In this document: positions 38,001 through 47,417 of the stretch, one piece after another | How the letters are laid out: each line of letters opens with the position of its first letter | How positions within the stretch are numbered: the stretch's first letter is position 1 | Virus record (IMG/VR): IMGVR_UViG_3300035204_001594 | Coordinates: 13,321 to 77,320 of that record | Direction: 5' to 3' (one strand) | DNA length: 64,000 nucleotides | Origin: a virus | Made by a program: the position numbers and the translations under genes | Notes under the pieces: generated by a model | What the model saw: the letters and a program-made list of their open reading frames with translations, nothing else | What the model was told of the DNA's origin: nothing | Databases searched by the model: none

Positions 38001-38325
38001 CGGGAGGGCCATCACCAGGCCACGGATCCTGCCCGCAGGGTATACAGCAGGCGTCGCTAAAATATATACTTAAATAATCACAAGTCCATATATCACAAGT
38101 AGGGCATTGGCCATCTTGGGAGCTCGTAAAGCAGCACGCCTTAGGCTCATACTTATACCACATAATATCTATAGTACCGGCTAGGCCTTGCTCTCCGAAT
38201 AAATCTCGATATTCTTCGGTATTAAGGTCCCCGGCCTCAGAGAAGGGGTAGACCGGAAATGTTTTTTGATACCAACCCTCCCACCGAAGTAGGGATGCCT
38301 GTTTGCGGTAGCCTGCGGTGGTCAT
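35047..38325 (-). CDS. Very Cys-rich protein with GACC-type repeats, probably virion-associated
   Basis: GACC, GSCC, GRCC, GACC, GWCCCCCSC, YGCC, GGCC; within tail cluster. Confidence 0.7.
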   Translation of the reverse strand: MTTAGYRKQASLLRWEGWYQKTFPVYPFSEAGDLNTEEYRDLFGEQGLAGTIDIMWYKYEPKACCFTSSQDGQCPTCDIWTCDYLSIYFSDACCIPCGQDPWPGDGPPEAYGACCGQNEPGDPWECFENIERCHCDQANGIWMGQESECECEAAYPDCSTYAYETSCPEESQPGSCCLSPYECIDVDSPADCSGEFIANWTCNVVQGECSCGYTFPSVGRCCHTSTETCEVMCQDGLTSAECHDLDWHGFGVSWHSCESCSSSPCDSAVAARGACCVPFDDPSADYCGCSVCLEDMNICECMDAASGMGSSGNGSIRVDYTCAQAQGAGWCCCCCSCWDNSNCCCVGCCPTDYREGRYEALRLARGVDHKFGGLAAADKSITYSEAYSYDTTAFTRDPSAIVGASGEHETRYLVPCDPEDCDIGGQCSPCGFMLYPEDAGIHTHCTCKQLFDCECAREASGGGDDTPDCQTEECNNQRKLDCFKDGIRCNIVSGHGGGQIPGCDDSWCRYDECEAHAREYSIEEGAQMCDNQVGPYYLKCGENGYNTCEQRQCADECRCYGSNNLYEGTFTCNMCDSEHYGAVAASFGRTESVDCVKSWEDGPAGPACEGGQEDYGCCTHSGVIGEEFGCNCTSPDEDTGGASTSCLWSYTYSCVFDPYWYSDSGYLQILNKEAYRLHGIECCGFNTSNIQGDLLFGSGDGDNAGNTGFADEICEECETPVGGCCITIAGDELAKLSQNAKVFLSTAWGSGEYECNLQGYWGDYSPESSSMPVDGATPDFSQKSALTFNPFSKTCIVESVSYHIQTLLDEANLVLSNFGGGALAALNLTQYQAMAVATAYYDAIINYNFMSRIRGYKSSGVVPNANEKNRATIIDYSTAVELPVYLTYINQRADRISALLGILLGLESSGGPSTMPKAWDYNIETGEECDISEAMSSELYPKCLKNGEPIPPSPACHDICGRPADAPDFTIGDFIDTHGSNPSGGETMFYYPPMDEECLPAVPWHDPCQGGYDGGWEDVPSIFVAVVAFPELGDCLHADDIQQILENCNAEYYFASGNIRDTASAGGFSSVFDYLKSIGERQRRANSSPIQR

Positions 38326-38328
38326 GGT

Positions 38329-39342
38329 TTACGTTAACGCCTTTGTAGATTGAATAACGGGTAGTACCCACTGGGAGGAACTTTCTAGTAATTCTTTAAA
38401 ATAGGGGTATGTTTCTAAGTGATCTTCTATAACCGGTTTTATTACGTCCGGTCGGCTTTTTGCATCCATAAGGTGGAGTATTCCGGCATCGGTAAATCCT
38501 TTATGAAGATGGGTCATATTCGCATCTACATAGCCGCTTCCAGGGATAACCTGGTATGGAGAGTAGTTATTATCCAAAAGCATAGAGGCTAATAAAGCTC
38601 GTTCAATAACTTTATTAATTATACCCATATCCAAGCGAAGATATGTCAATTCCTTGAAGTATTTTTGATTCTCCTCATGCTCCACAAACTTACGGGCTAA
38701 GCTACAAAAACGTTTAATAAAGTCTAAATCTCTGCCCCCAAAAATCCCTAAATGGGCAACTATCTTTAAATGAGCCTGATTCTTTAAAGGCTCAGGGATG
38801 TATGGAGCCCGTGTAAGCATAGTGTATGCGTAGGAGTAGTCTCCCCACCCGGGAGTATACCCACAGCCGGCGTCCCAGCGAGATTCCGGGGTTTCGAGGT
38901 AATCGCCTTCGAGGTTCTGTATAACCACACCTGACTGTATAGCCTGAGGCGGTAAAGGTTTAAACATCACCAAATCCATATCTATATGTAGGAAGGGCTC
39001 TTGCATATACTCGTATGCAAGAATTTTAGGGTAATGGTAAAAATCGGTAAACTCGAAATCGTCAAGCTGATCCAACATAGTAGACACATGACCGTACTTA
39101 AAGCCAAGTCTTTCTACAAAAAGCTCTTTACCAAAAGAGTCCGTCACCAGGACCAGATTCTCTTCTCCGTATAGCTTAAGGGCTTGGGTATAGCTCCAGT
39201 GTGTATACGCAATGAGGGATTCTAAATCAGGCCATCCCGATTTGGTGACTTCTGCTGGAGCCGCAAATATACTGGATTCTTCGCTAAAATGCTCAAGCCT
39301 AGTTTTGAGGGTTTTGGTCCAAAATGAGTGTACTATCTTCAT
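38329..39342 (-). CDS. GT-A glycosyltransferase-like protein (DUF6734-like)
   Basis: MKIVHSFWTK, LVTD, KILAY, EPFLHIDMD (DxD), GIFGG. Confidence 0.7.
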   Translation of the reverse strand: MKIVHSFWTKTLKTRLEHFSEESSIFAAPAEVTKSGWPDLESLIAYTHWSYTQALKLYGEENLVLVTDSFGKELFVERLGFKYGHVSTMLDQLDDFEFTDFYHYPKILAYEYMQEPFLHIDMDLVMFKPLPPQAIQSGVVIQNLEGDYLETPESRWDAGCGYTPGWGDYSYAYTMLTRAPYIPEPLKNQAHLKIVAHLGIFGGRDLDFIKRFCSLARKFVEHEENQKYFKELTYLRLDMGIINKVIERALLASMLLDNNYSPYQVIPGSGYVDANMTHLHKGFTDAGILHLMDAKSRPDVIKPVIEDHLETYPYFKELLESSSQWVLPVIQSTKALT

Positions 39343-39370
39343 ATGCTAGTATCATACCTTCATCCGGTAG

Positions 39371-40546
39371 TTATGTACAGGTTAGGTCGTGGGCATTTTC
39401 CGTAGTAAACCAGGTTGCTAGTGCGTTAGGACTTCCTACTGTCCCGTTCCCTAAACAAGTCCCTACATATAGACCCAAAGTTCCTGTCCTGTCAGAGGGG
39501 GGCGCCCCTCTAGAGGCCATTACCCCGTATCCAGAACCGTTAAAGGCGGCATTAGTCATACCCATAACTGTGACAGCGGTTCCGGGGCATACCCGCTGAG
39601 GTTTAAAACTAGCGGGATATGAAGGGTTTACGGCTGAGCCCGCCACTCCGGGTTGATATCTACCATCAGTACACATACCCCACCCTCCGCCTCCCATATT
39701 ATCCTCTGCCGCATTAAAGCAGTAAACATCCTGTACACGTCCAGAAAGCTCGTACCCTCCTACCCCAGGGGCTAAGTATACGTCTAAAGTATACCAAGTT
39801 CCTATGTCGTCCTCGTCCCCGTCTGTAATAACCCCTATCCCTAAAGCTTGCGGAGACTCGAAACGGGTTCTGGCGCGATCGCAGCAGCACTGGTGAGACC
39901 CCCCTGAATTAGGGTCACACATACTACACGGAGTGTCTCCTGCTACCCATCTAACCCCTACTCCCTCCGCACATCCCACGCTACCATACTGAGCGCAGCA
40001 TTCGGAGCCTGTAAAATCCCTACCTATACACTGACCTATAGTTCCGTCGTACACCGAGCAGCCCGTGGATGCCCAACCGCCGTACTCTGTACAGCAGCAT
40101 CCTAGCGAAGGGGATGTATTTATGGTTCCGCCGCCACCGGGTACGATAATACCCATCACATCAGTAACGATTGGCTTAATATTTAGTTTGATGTCTAAAA
40201 TTGGAAAACATTTCCCAGGAGAGGGATTGTCTACAAAGGTAGCTGTAATACCAGCAGGATCATCATCATCGGAAAGCGTTTGGGCTCTTGCCCGTAAAGG
40301 ATAACATCCAGTGGTAACCGGTGGGGGTGTGGGCCACGGGTGGTCTATTACAGGGTTGTTAATAATAGGTGGTTTATTAAAACAATCAAAATCGTAAAGG
40401 TTTTCGTGTATAGTGTCTGGGTGTAAGAAACTGTTCGGGTTGTACGCACGATCAAAGTCATAGCACCTACCGCCCTGAGTTGTTAGGGTGTTGATAGGCG
40501 AATCGTTATCTGCCGCAGTGTTAATAAAAGGATTAGAGGTAGCCAT
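39371..40546 (-). CDS. Cys/Gly-rich tail-associated protein
   Basis: GCCC, ECC, QCCC, Pro-rich linker; tail cluster. Confidence 0.6.
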   Translation of the reverse strand: MATSNPFINTAADNDSPINTLTTQGGRCYDFDRAYNPNSFLHPDTIHENLYDFDCFNKPPIINNPVIDHPWPTPPPVTTGCYPLRARAQTLSDDDDPAGITATFVDNPSPGKCFPILDIKLNIKPIVTDVMGIIVPGGGGTINTSPSLGCCCTEYGGWASTGCSVYDGTIGQCIGRDFTGSECCAQYGSVGCAEGVGVRWVAGDTPCSMCDPNSGGSHQCCCDRARTRFESPQALGIGVITDGDEDDIGTWYTLDVYLAPGVGGYELSGRVQDVYCFNAAEDNMGGGGWGMCTDGRYQPGVAGSAVNPSYPASFKPQRVCPGTAVTVMGMTNAAFNGSGYGVMASRGAPPSDRTGTLGLYVGTCLGNGTVGSPNALATWFTTENAHDLTCT

Positions 40547-40558
40547 TTGGGTGTACTA

Positions 40559-41698
40559 TTAGGGGGAACACGGTAGTGGACACGGCAGGTCCCCGTTTTC
40601 GCCCCAATTTCCTATTCTAAATATTAATGAGTGAGTCCAAAAATTCTCTGTACTGATTAAGTTCTCTGCAGGAAAGCTTAACCCCTCTGTGTAGTCGGGC
40701 GTGGGATCCTCTGCCGTAAAGGTAGGGTCTCCTTGAAATATTTGTAGAGGGGCTACGCCTGAAAACTGAATAGCTCCATTAGAAGACCTAACTCCATTTA
40801 TAGAGTAAATAAAATCGCTGCAGGCCTCCTCACCTTCACTAGGGTCAGATTCATTGCAGGGATTGCCTTGACCGGCCCCTAAAGCAGGGATGATAGTAAC
40901 TGTATCGGTTTGAGGATCTACGTCTATTCGACAATTAAAGCCCTCTTCTAGAGATACCTCTCCTTGAAATACTTCAGCATTAAAGTCTTCATCTAATACT
41001 ACGGACACATCTCTAGTCTCTACGGTAGCGCCTGTTGCGCTTATGGGGTCTAGATTTGCAATATGTAACTTTCGTACCAACTGATTCCCTAGGAAAGTAA
41101 CAACCCCGTCCTCTAAAATAGGGGCATCCTCTTTAAAAGCTAAGAGAGCGTTTCCGTGCTCATCGAGCCCATCACTGTACATCCACGTCTCTTGTATAGT
41201 GGGGGTAGGGGGATTCCTCAATACCTCAGTATCTAGTACTATGTATCCCGTAACATGAATATCCGATCCTGTGTATATATCCGGATCCTGTTTATCAAAA
41301 TCGGGAGAAGAATCGCTAACCCATAGGTAGGTATATTTACTATCTTCACTCCCCGTGCTGCCTGTTGTTAGCTGTACGGGGGGCACATTATACTGTTTTC
41401 GAGGGGTGTGCTCTCCACGTAAGGGATTATCATTGGCGTCCCTTAGACCAAATCCTACAGATACTTCTAAGGTTAGGGAGTACGAGTCGTCACCGTCTAG
41501 CTGATAGGAGAGACCGGCTATACTGACCAACGGTGGAGTTTCTAACTTATCTCTAACTCGATCGCAGAAAATATCAAACTGTGCGTCTACTATAGTGTCT
41601 GATAGAAACTTTAAAGGAACAGTTACACCTCCGCTGTCATCAAAGCGTCTGAAGGGGTAATTACGGAAGCTATTAGCGTTTCTGAATTCGACGGTCAT
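40559..41698 (-). CDS. Baseplate/tail protein, NxxRxYP paralogue family
   Basis: EFRNANSFRNYPF, EEGFN, IYSINGV. Confidence 0.65.
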   Translation of the reverse strand: MTVEFRNANSFRNYPFRRFDDSGGVTVPLKFLSDTIVDAQFDIFCDRVRDKLETPPLVSIAGLSYQLDGDDSYSLTLEVSVGFGLRDANDNPLRGEHTPRKQYNVPPVQLTTGSTGSEDSKYTYLWVSDSSPDFDKQDPDIYTGSDIHVTGYIVLDTEVLRNPPTPTIQETWMYSDGLDEHGNALLAFKEDAPILEDGVVTFLGNQLVRKLHIANLDPISATGATVETRDVSVVLDEDFNAEVFQGEVSLEEGFNCRIDVDPQTDTVTIIPALGAGQGNPCNESDPSEGEEACSDFIYSINGVRSSNGAIQFSGVAPLQIFQGDPTFTAEDPTPDYTEGLSFPAENLISTENFWTHSLIFRIGNWGENGDLPCPLPCSP

Positions 41699-42543
41699 TG
41701 TAGTCTCTTAGCCATTCCGGCAATCTCGAAGTAAAGTTGGCCCCCTTTTGAATATATACGTAAAGAAGGTTTGTCTCCACTATACATATCCTCAGCGTCT
41801 CCCGTGTTATAATTAGAGGGCATAATAGTGAAATTGCCTTGATCGTCTGCCTCAACTACGGGACCCACCTCTACAGTTCCATTATTTGATAGCACACACG
41901 GCACTATCGCTTTAAGTTCATCTTGTGTGTAAGCTGTCTGCTCTGGTTCGCAGTCGTGTCGGGCATAGTTAGGGTCCCCAACGATATCTACCCTAATAGT
42001 GTTGTCTTCCGGATCCGGGCGCGATAAGGTAACCCCTTCTCCTCCTACTAGATAAGCCTCGCCCACTAAAGCGTCTCCTCCCTCCGCTGCCACAATCGAC
42101 GATACAGAAGGGTAGGGAATAGGGTGTACGACCCCGGCTGTGAAAATAGCTCCTCCCGCATTTATTCTAGTCTCTCCGTTAGGTAGTGCCCCGAGAGCCA
42201 CGTTATACGAGGGATCTACAATCATACTTCCTGAGTACCTGCCCCCAGACAGGGTATAGAACTTGATATGGGTGGCAGAAGATTTTATATCAAATCGTGC
42301 CGAAGCCACCTCTCCTTTATCTGAACTAAGCACCAGAGACACTAGGTTTTCCTCTTTTATCACCTTAGATAGGCGGTGGTAAGAATCTGAGCTGCTGGTA
42401 GAGGATCCGGGAATAATAATAGCGTCCAATACCCACTCCTTAGGAACACTAACAGAGCCTATACGCATACTGGAAGCGTCCGTAAAAGGGTAGTTCCGTC
42501 TTCTATTAAGGTCTGCCCACTGAAACTCGTTTATACTGGCCAT
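41695..42543 (-). CDS. Baseplate/tail protein, NxxRxYP paralogue family
   Basis: QWADLNRRRNYPFTD, ADDQGNF. Confidence 0.65.
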   Translation of the reverse strand: MASINEFQWADLNRRRNYPFTDASSMRIGSVSVPKEWVLDAIIIPGSSTSSSDSYHRLSKVIKEENLVSLVLSSDKGEVASARFDIKSSATHIKFYTLSGGRYSGSMIVDPSYNVALGALPNGETRINAGGAIFTAGVVHPIPYPSVSSIVAAEGGDALVGEAYLVGGEGVTLSRPDPEDNTIRVDIVGDPNYARHDCEPEQTAYTQDELKAIVPCVLSNNGTVEVGPVVEADDQGNFTIMPSNYNTGDAEDMYSGDKPSLRIYSKGGQLYFEIAGMAKRLQ

Positions 42544-42545
42544 GA

Positions 42546-44822
42546 TTAGCAGCCTCCTAAAGATTCAAGATCAGAGTAAATAGTACCGGTATATGTATCG
42601 CCTTCGTAAGTAAAACTCACTGTACCTGAATCTAGTCGAGGTGCGGGTTTAGGATTTTCTGAGGAGTTGTCCTCAGCAACAGAAGTTATTTCGAAGTGGT
42701 CTGACACTAATTCAGCCTTAATACCTCGTGTAGAGTCCGTGTAATACAAGGTAAACGGGTACATGTTAGTACCTATATTTAAGGGATCTGCGTAGGGGGT
42801 TACCTCTAATCTGTAATTAGCGGGACCTGTATATACCCCATACTCTTTCTCACAATAATACCCTGCGGGATCTGCTATAGTAGAGCTTCCTCCTCCGGCA
42901 TATACAAGGTCTACAACTGGGGTGTGGAGCGCAGATGCTACACTTCCGAATACAGATTTATTGGCGACCGTTAGGTCAATTACATAGTTTGTCTCGTCTA
43001 CGTATACTATATCGCCGCTGCGGCATGCATCGGTCCTCATCCCACCCTTTATACCTAATTTAACATTATTCTCTATAACTCTCAGAGCTCCTGTCTGGGC
43101 GCTGACGTAAATAACCAAATTTGACTCTAAGTCTGCGGGGCTCTGAGCATATATATACTCTCCTTTTAAACTACCCGCAAAGGTTAAAAATGTACGGGAG
43201 ACCCCATCAAGATCTCGGTTATACTCATGGGCAACCATTGTATCTGTACCCAAACAGATATGTACATGCTTAGAGGATCTGTCAATTTCTTCATATAGCG
43301 ACCTAACTGTTTGGGCGGTACCTACCCCATCTGTGCAATCTTCTTCACAATCATCATCGTAGTCGGACCCCTCATTACAGCAACTCTCGGTTCCTATATT
43401 ACCACTGTCATCTACCTCGGGGAAGGGGGAAGGACATACCTTACTTATAGAAATATCCTCCGACGCTACCAATATACCTACATCTTGATCTGTGGTTGCC
43501 GATATATCTATCCCTACATATGTATCTATACTGTCTGCTATTTTGTCTGCTATGGCTTGAGCAGAGGTTAATCCGCTTAGACCTATCGTGGTGCCGGTAT
43601 CTGTAGAAGAGGTGTCATAAGTAAATGTGGTCTCTACGTCTCCGCTGTCGGTTATAGTAAATGATGTACCATTTAGATTAGCTGAGTCTACGGTTGACTT
43701 TACCACAAAACTAGCTGTAGCGTATAGTTTCAAGGCCCCTCCTACAAAGCTACTATCGTACTCTATATCCGTTACAGATTCGTAGGTATTGGTAATAGCT
43801 GTATTTCCGACTAAGCCCGTGGTATTCTGGGTTAAATTAATAACACTATTGCCCACTGTGTCTGCAAGATGACCCCATGCGAATACGTATGGATTAAGCT
43901 CTTCGGGAAATATTAAGAATAGTGCGTTATCGTACACGCTTTCGGTAGGGGGGACCGGCTTAACTCCATTAATGGATAGTATGGGCTCACCTCTATAACA
44001 GGATGCGGCGTCAGGTCTGCCCCCGCAAGGACCTATGTATTTTTCTAAGTTAGCTTTAAGCAAATCTCCAGAGAATCCTACAGATAAAGTATCTCTACTT
44101 ATCGTCTCCTCTACTCCGTCACCTTTTACCAGTAAGTTAGTTCCACTGTTCTGGGTAATGGCGATTCCGTTTTCTCCGTCTATAGTTACCGCCCCCTGTA
44201 CAGCACTCTGCTCCCCTGCCTTTTTTATGGTTTTAACCCGTGAAAAATTAAGGAAGTGTATGCTTCGTCTCGATACTGAAGACTGAGAAACACTACTAAA
44301 TGTCCAGGTACCTCCGATGTGTTGTCTAAGTTCTTTGCCAAACACTACCCAACCCCCTACCCCGTCTGTAAGAGGCTCTACCCGTATCGGTAGCCCTTTT
44401 ACCGCATCCTTTAAAGATGCGGTTACTACAGCTAAGGGAATTATTGGGGAGGACGTACCAGTCCCGGCAAAAGTGGGAGATGTATTACTTAGAAAGTCTT
44501 CGTCTTGGTCTGAGTTAAAGTAAGGGCTATTGTTTGGGTCCTCGTATTCATTGTTGCCGTAAGTCTCTTGGGCAAGAGCCGTGGGTTTAAACTGGACCTC
44601 ATCTGTAACCACAAGGGTCAGATTAATTAACTCGTCGCTAACAACCACAGAAGCTACAAAAACAGACTGACCTAAAGAAGGGTCTAGGGTAAGGCGGGCA
44701 TCTGCCAAAATAGAATTAGGTAGTGTGGTGCCCTGGTCTGATAAACCGGTTGCAGACTCGTCTAAAGGAAAGCTTCGCTCTTCTGCCAAGTCTAAAAATT
44801 CTCTATTAATTAATTCTGGCAT
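42546..44822 (-). CDS. Baseplate/tail protein, NxxRxYP paralogue family, with an inserted permuted fibre domain
   Basis: EFLDLAEERSFPLDESAT, ILSINGVKP. Confidence 0.65.
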   Translation of the reverse strand: MPELINREFLDLAEERSFPLDESATGLSDQGTTLPNSILADARLTLDPSLGQSVFVASVVVSDELINLTLVVTDEVQFKPTALAQETYGNNEYEDPNNSPYFNSDQDEDFLSNTSPTFAGTGTSSPIIPLAVVTASLKDAVKGLPIRVEPLTDGVGGWVVFGKELRQHIGGTWTFSSVSQSSVSRRSIHFLNFSRVKTIKKAGEQSAVQGAVTIDGENGIAITQNSGTNLLVKGDGVEETISRDTLSVGFSGDLLKANLEKYIGPCGGRPDAASCYRGEPILSINGVKPVPPTESVYDNALFLIFPEELNPYVFAWGHLADTVGNSVINLTQNTTGLVGNTAITNTYESVTDIEYDSSFVGGALKLYATASFVVKSTVDSANLNGTSFTITDSGDVETTFTYDTSSTDTGTTIGLSGLTSAQAIADKIADSIDTYVGIDISATTDQDVGILVASEDISISKVCPSPFPEVDDSGNIGTESCCNEGSDYDDDCEEDCTDGVGTAQTVRSLYEEIDRSSKHVHICLGTDTMVAHEYNRDLDGVSRTFLTFAGSLKGEYIYAQSPADLESNLVIYVSAQTGALRVIENNVKLGIKGGMRTDACRSGDIVYVDETNYVIDLTVANKSVFGSVASALHTPVVDLVYAGGGSSTIADPAGYYCEKEYGVYTGPANYRLEVTPYADPLNIGTNMYPFTLYYTDSTRGIKAELVSDHFEITSVAEDNSSENPKPAPRLDSGTVSFTYEGDTYTGTIYSDLESLGGC

Positions 44823-47404
44823 TAGCCTCCTCCCGGTTCTCTACAAGTTGCCCCTGCGGATTCGTCACAGTGGTAGAATACTGTTGGTGGTTGTTTAGTT
44901 GCATTTATAGACGTTCCAAAGTCTTCAATGGGGTCCAATGCGTGCGTCTCGCCGGCACAAGTGTAAGTAGGGTTACCTGTGGAGTTTAGCGTAAATTGTA
45001 TAGAAGAGGCGTAAGCTGGATACGCGCAATCCTCGCAGTTTGCAGGACTACCCTCATCCGGATTGCAGTCATCGCAGGTACAGTAAATCTCTATCGAGTC
45101 CGCTACATCCTCTCCCCACATATCGTCCGGCAGACCTCCCGTAGGGAGTCCTAAAGAAGTTAGCTCCACAGAATCCGTGTCCGATTCGGCAGCAAAGGTA
45201 AAGGTGTGGCTCATAGAGCTTCCCGCCTGGCCGTGAGGAGCCTCGTAGCTTATAGTATTGCCGCAGACATCTAAGCCGTCGTTACCAGGCACCCAGTCTT
45301 CCCAATCATATTCATGTGCAATAGTGGTGGCTATAGATGTTGCGGCCTCGAACGGGTCTGTGAATTTAATGTACAGAGATCCGTCCTGAACCCACATAAC
45401 AGATATGATAGGGGGAGTACATGGGGTATCCAAAAACAGAGTGCTCAAACACTCATAGAAATTACTGTCTGAATTATTAGCTATAAGGCCGTCTGCGTTA
45501 CGCATATTAGATACCTTGGCTGTTAGTGTTTTGGTAGACTCTCCGGCTTCGCACGCGTCAGTCTCTGCAAGGGTTTGTAAGTATCCAACAACCCCTATAA
45601 GCATGTACCTGCCTCGATCTATCTGGCGTCCGCCCCTTAAGTCGAGAAAACCCCCACTTAAGGTGATTTTACTGCTGCCTGGGTCGTCGTCTATAGTCAC
45701 CCCTAATGACTCTAGCGGCTGTGCGGGGTTGAAATCATCGTCGTCTATGTTATCTTCGTCTAGGTTAGCGTAAGAGGTATTTTCTACATAAACCACCTTG
45801 GCGTCGAAATCAAACTCAACCTCGAGGCTTCCTGTAAGAGGGCTTTCTCCGTGATTCTGTATTAATACCTGAGCGCTAACTAGGTAGCCGTAATGGCCCC
45901 ATCCTGCGGCAGATACAACTGCGGGGTGATCCTTAAAGCATTCATATATGTCGTTATATTGGTTTAGTACACACTGATAACTTATCGCAGTGGCATTAGC
46001 TTTATGGAGCAAGCCGGCGTTACTCCAGGGGGAGGATAAGGGGGTATTATTAATTTCCCATAAAGGTGCAGCAACTTTCTCTAAAGCTCTGTGAACGTTT
46101 TCATACTGATTACAAGGGCAGCACTGTGAGCAGAACCCGGATATCATTAAATCCGGGTTTACTAATGTGTTAATCCCGTTGAATACCCCTGGGTTACCTG
46201 AAAACATTCTATAACTGTGAATAGGGGTTCCTGTGTCATCCTGATTTGATTCTATTGCTCCGGAATCCGTATCGGGACCTACCATAATACATTTATCCCC
46301 GCCTATATAAACGTTACCTACATCATCAGGCCCTACGTTATTCAAATGTCTTACAACCGCATCAGGTTGTTGTGTATCATCGTCTTCGCAATCGGGTCCT
46401 AAACCTGCTCCTGCTCCTGCAAAAGCATTGAAAGTCAGTACCGGAGAATTAGTTTCAATGTCTACGTTAAACCCTTCGGATAAAAGAACATCGTCCCTAT
46501 AGTCTGAGGTTAAATATGTATATATTTCCGTATCGGTATCCGAGATAGCCCACGGGCAGTTCACATCTCCGGATATTCCGGATAGGTATGGCGGAGTGTA
46601 CTCCGACCCCAGTCCCTGAACCCCCGCTGGATCGTTTTTACAAAAGATAATATTTTGGTAATGATCTCCGGGATCGGAGAACATGCTTGCTAGCTCTCCC
46701 GATATAGCGGTATCTGTTATGGAATCAAAAGAAGGTATCGCCTCTTCTGGCATAGCTTCGTATATGTCTATGGCCAGCAAGGATTGGAGATTGTCCGCCT
46801 GAGGAGAAAGGGTATTGGGCGCTAGTCTAGTTTCGCTTAGTTGATTGGTAGAAGTGTAGTACTCGGCGAGTCTGTCGGTGAAGCTGCTGTAATACCCTGT
46901 AGAGCTAAAAAATTCGTAAAAAGTAGGGTAATGGATTATGTAGGTCAAGAAGTAGCTATCTTTTTGTGCGAATCCATGAACATACTCGCCTCTAAGGATC
47001 TCTTCCCTACGCCACCCTGTAGATCTGCTCAAAGCGGGTGAACCTGAGTTTTTATTTGTTATATCATTTGTGTCTAAAAGCTCGCTACCCTGAGTGTCGG
47101 ATAATACAAATCTCACCAAACCCTTACCGGTTTCGGAATAACCTTGAACAGCGCTTTCTGTAAGGGTAGAAGGAGATGGAAGTGCTGTAGTTCCAAGTGC
47201 AGACCCAAAGCCTTTTATACAGGCACTTAAAATACTTGTGCCGTCTGTAACCCCTCTTCCTTGAAAAGAAAGTCCACAAATCGCCCTAAACTCAGAATCC
47301 CCATCTGGAGTTTCTGTAAAGTTAGGTATACCTAATGCCGGGTAACTGGTTTTAGAGTTCCCTGCGAGGTACGAGTAATCAAGGGCAATGTTGTCTAAAG
47401 TCAT
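44822..47404 (-). CDS. Baseplate/tail protein, NxxRxYP paralogue family
   Basis: NSKTSYP, SEGFN, LNNVGPDDVGN, CSQCCPC. Confidence 0.65.
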   Translation of the reverse strand: MTLDNIALDYSYLAGNSKTSYPALGIPNFTETPDGDSEFRAICGLSFQGRGVTDGTSILSACIKGFGSALGTTALPSPSTLTESAVQGYSETGKGLVRFVLSDTQGSELLDTNDITNKNSGSPALSRSTGWRREEILRGEYVHGFAQKDSYFLTYIIHYPTFYEFFSSTGYYSSFTDRLAEYYTSTNQLSETRLAPNTLSPQADNLQSLLAIDIYEAMPEEAIPSFDSITDTAISGELASMFSDPGDHYQNIIFCKNDPAGVQGLGSEYTPPYLSGISGDVNCPWAISDTDTEIYTYLTSDYRDDVLLSEGFNVDIETNSPVLTFNAFAGAGAGLGPDCEDDDTQQPDAVVRHLNNVGPDDVGNVYIGGDKCIMVGPDTDSGAIESNQDDTGTPIHSYRMFSGNPGVFNGINTLVNPDLMISGFCSQCCPCNQYENVHRALEKVAAPLWEINNTPLSSPWSNAGLLHKANATAISYQCVLNQYNDIYECFKDHPAVVSAAGWGHYGYLVSAQVLIQNHGESPLTGSLEVEFDFDAKVVYVENTSYANLDEDNIDDDDFNPAQPLESLGVTIDDDPGSSKITLSGGFLDLRGGRQIDRGRYMLIGVVGYLQTLAETDACEAGESTKTLTAKVSNMRNADGLIANNSDSNFYECLSTLFLDTPCTPPIISVMWVQDGSLYIKFTDPFEAATSIATTIAHEYDWEDWVPGNDGLDVCGNTISYEAPHGQAGSSMSHTFTFAAESDTDSVELTSLGLPTGGLPDDMWGEDVADSIEIYCTCDDCNPDEGSPANCEDCAYPAYASSIQFTLNSTGNPTYTCAGETHALDPIEDFGTSINATKQPPTVFYHCDESAGATCREPGGG

Positions 47405-47417
47405 AAACGTTCCCTAG

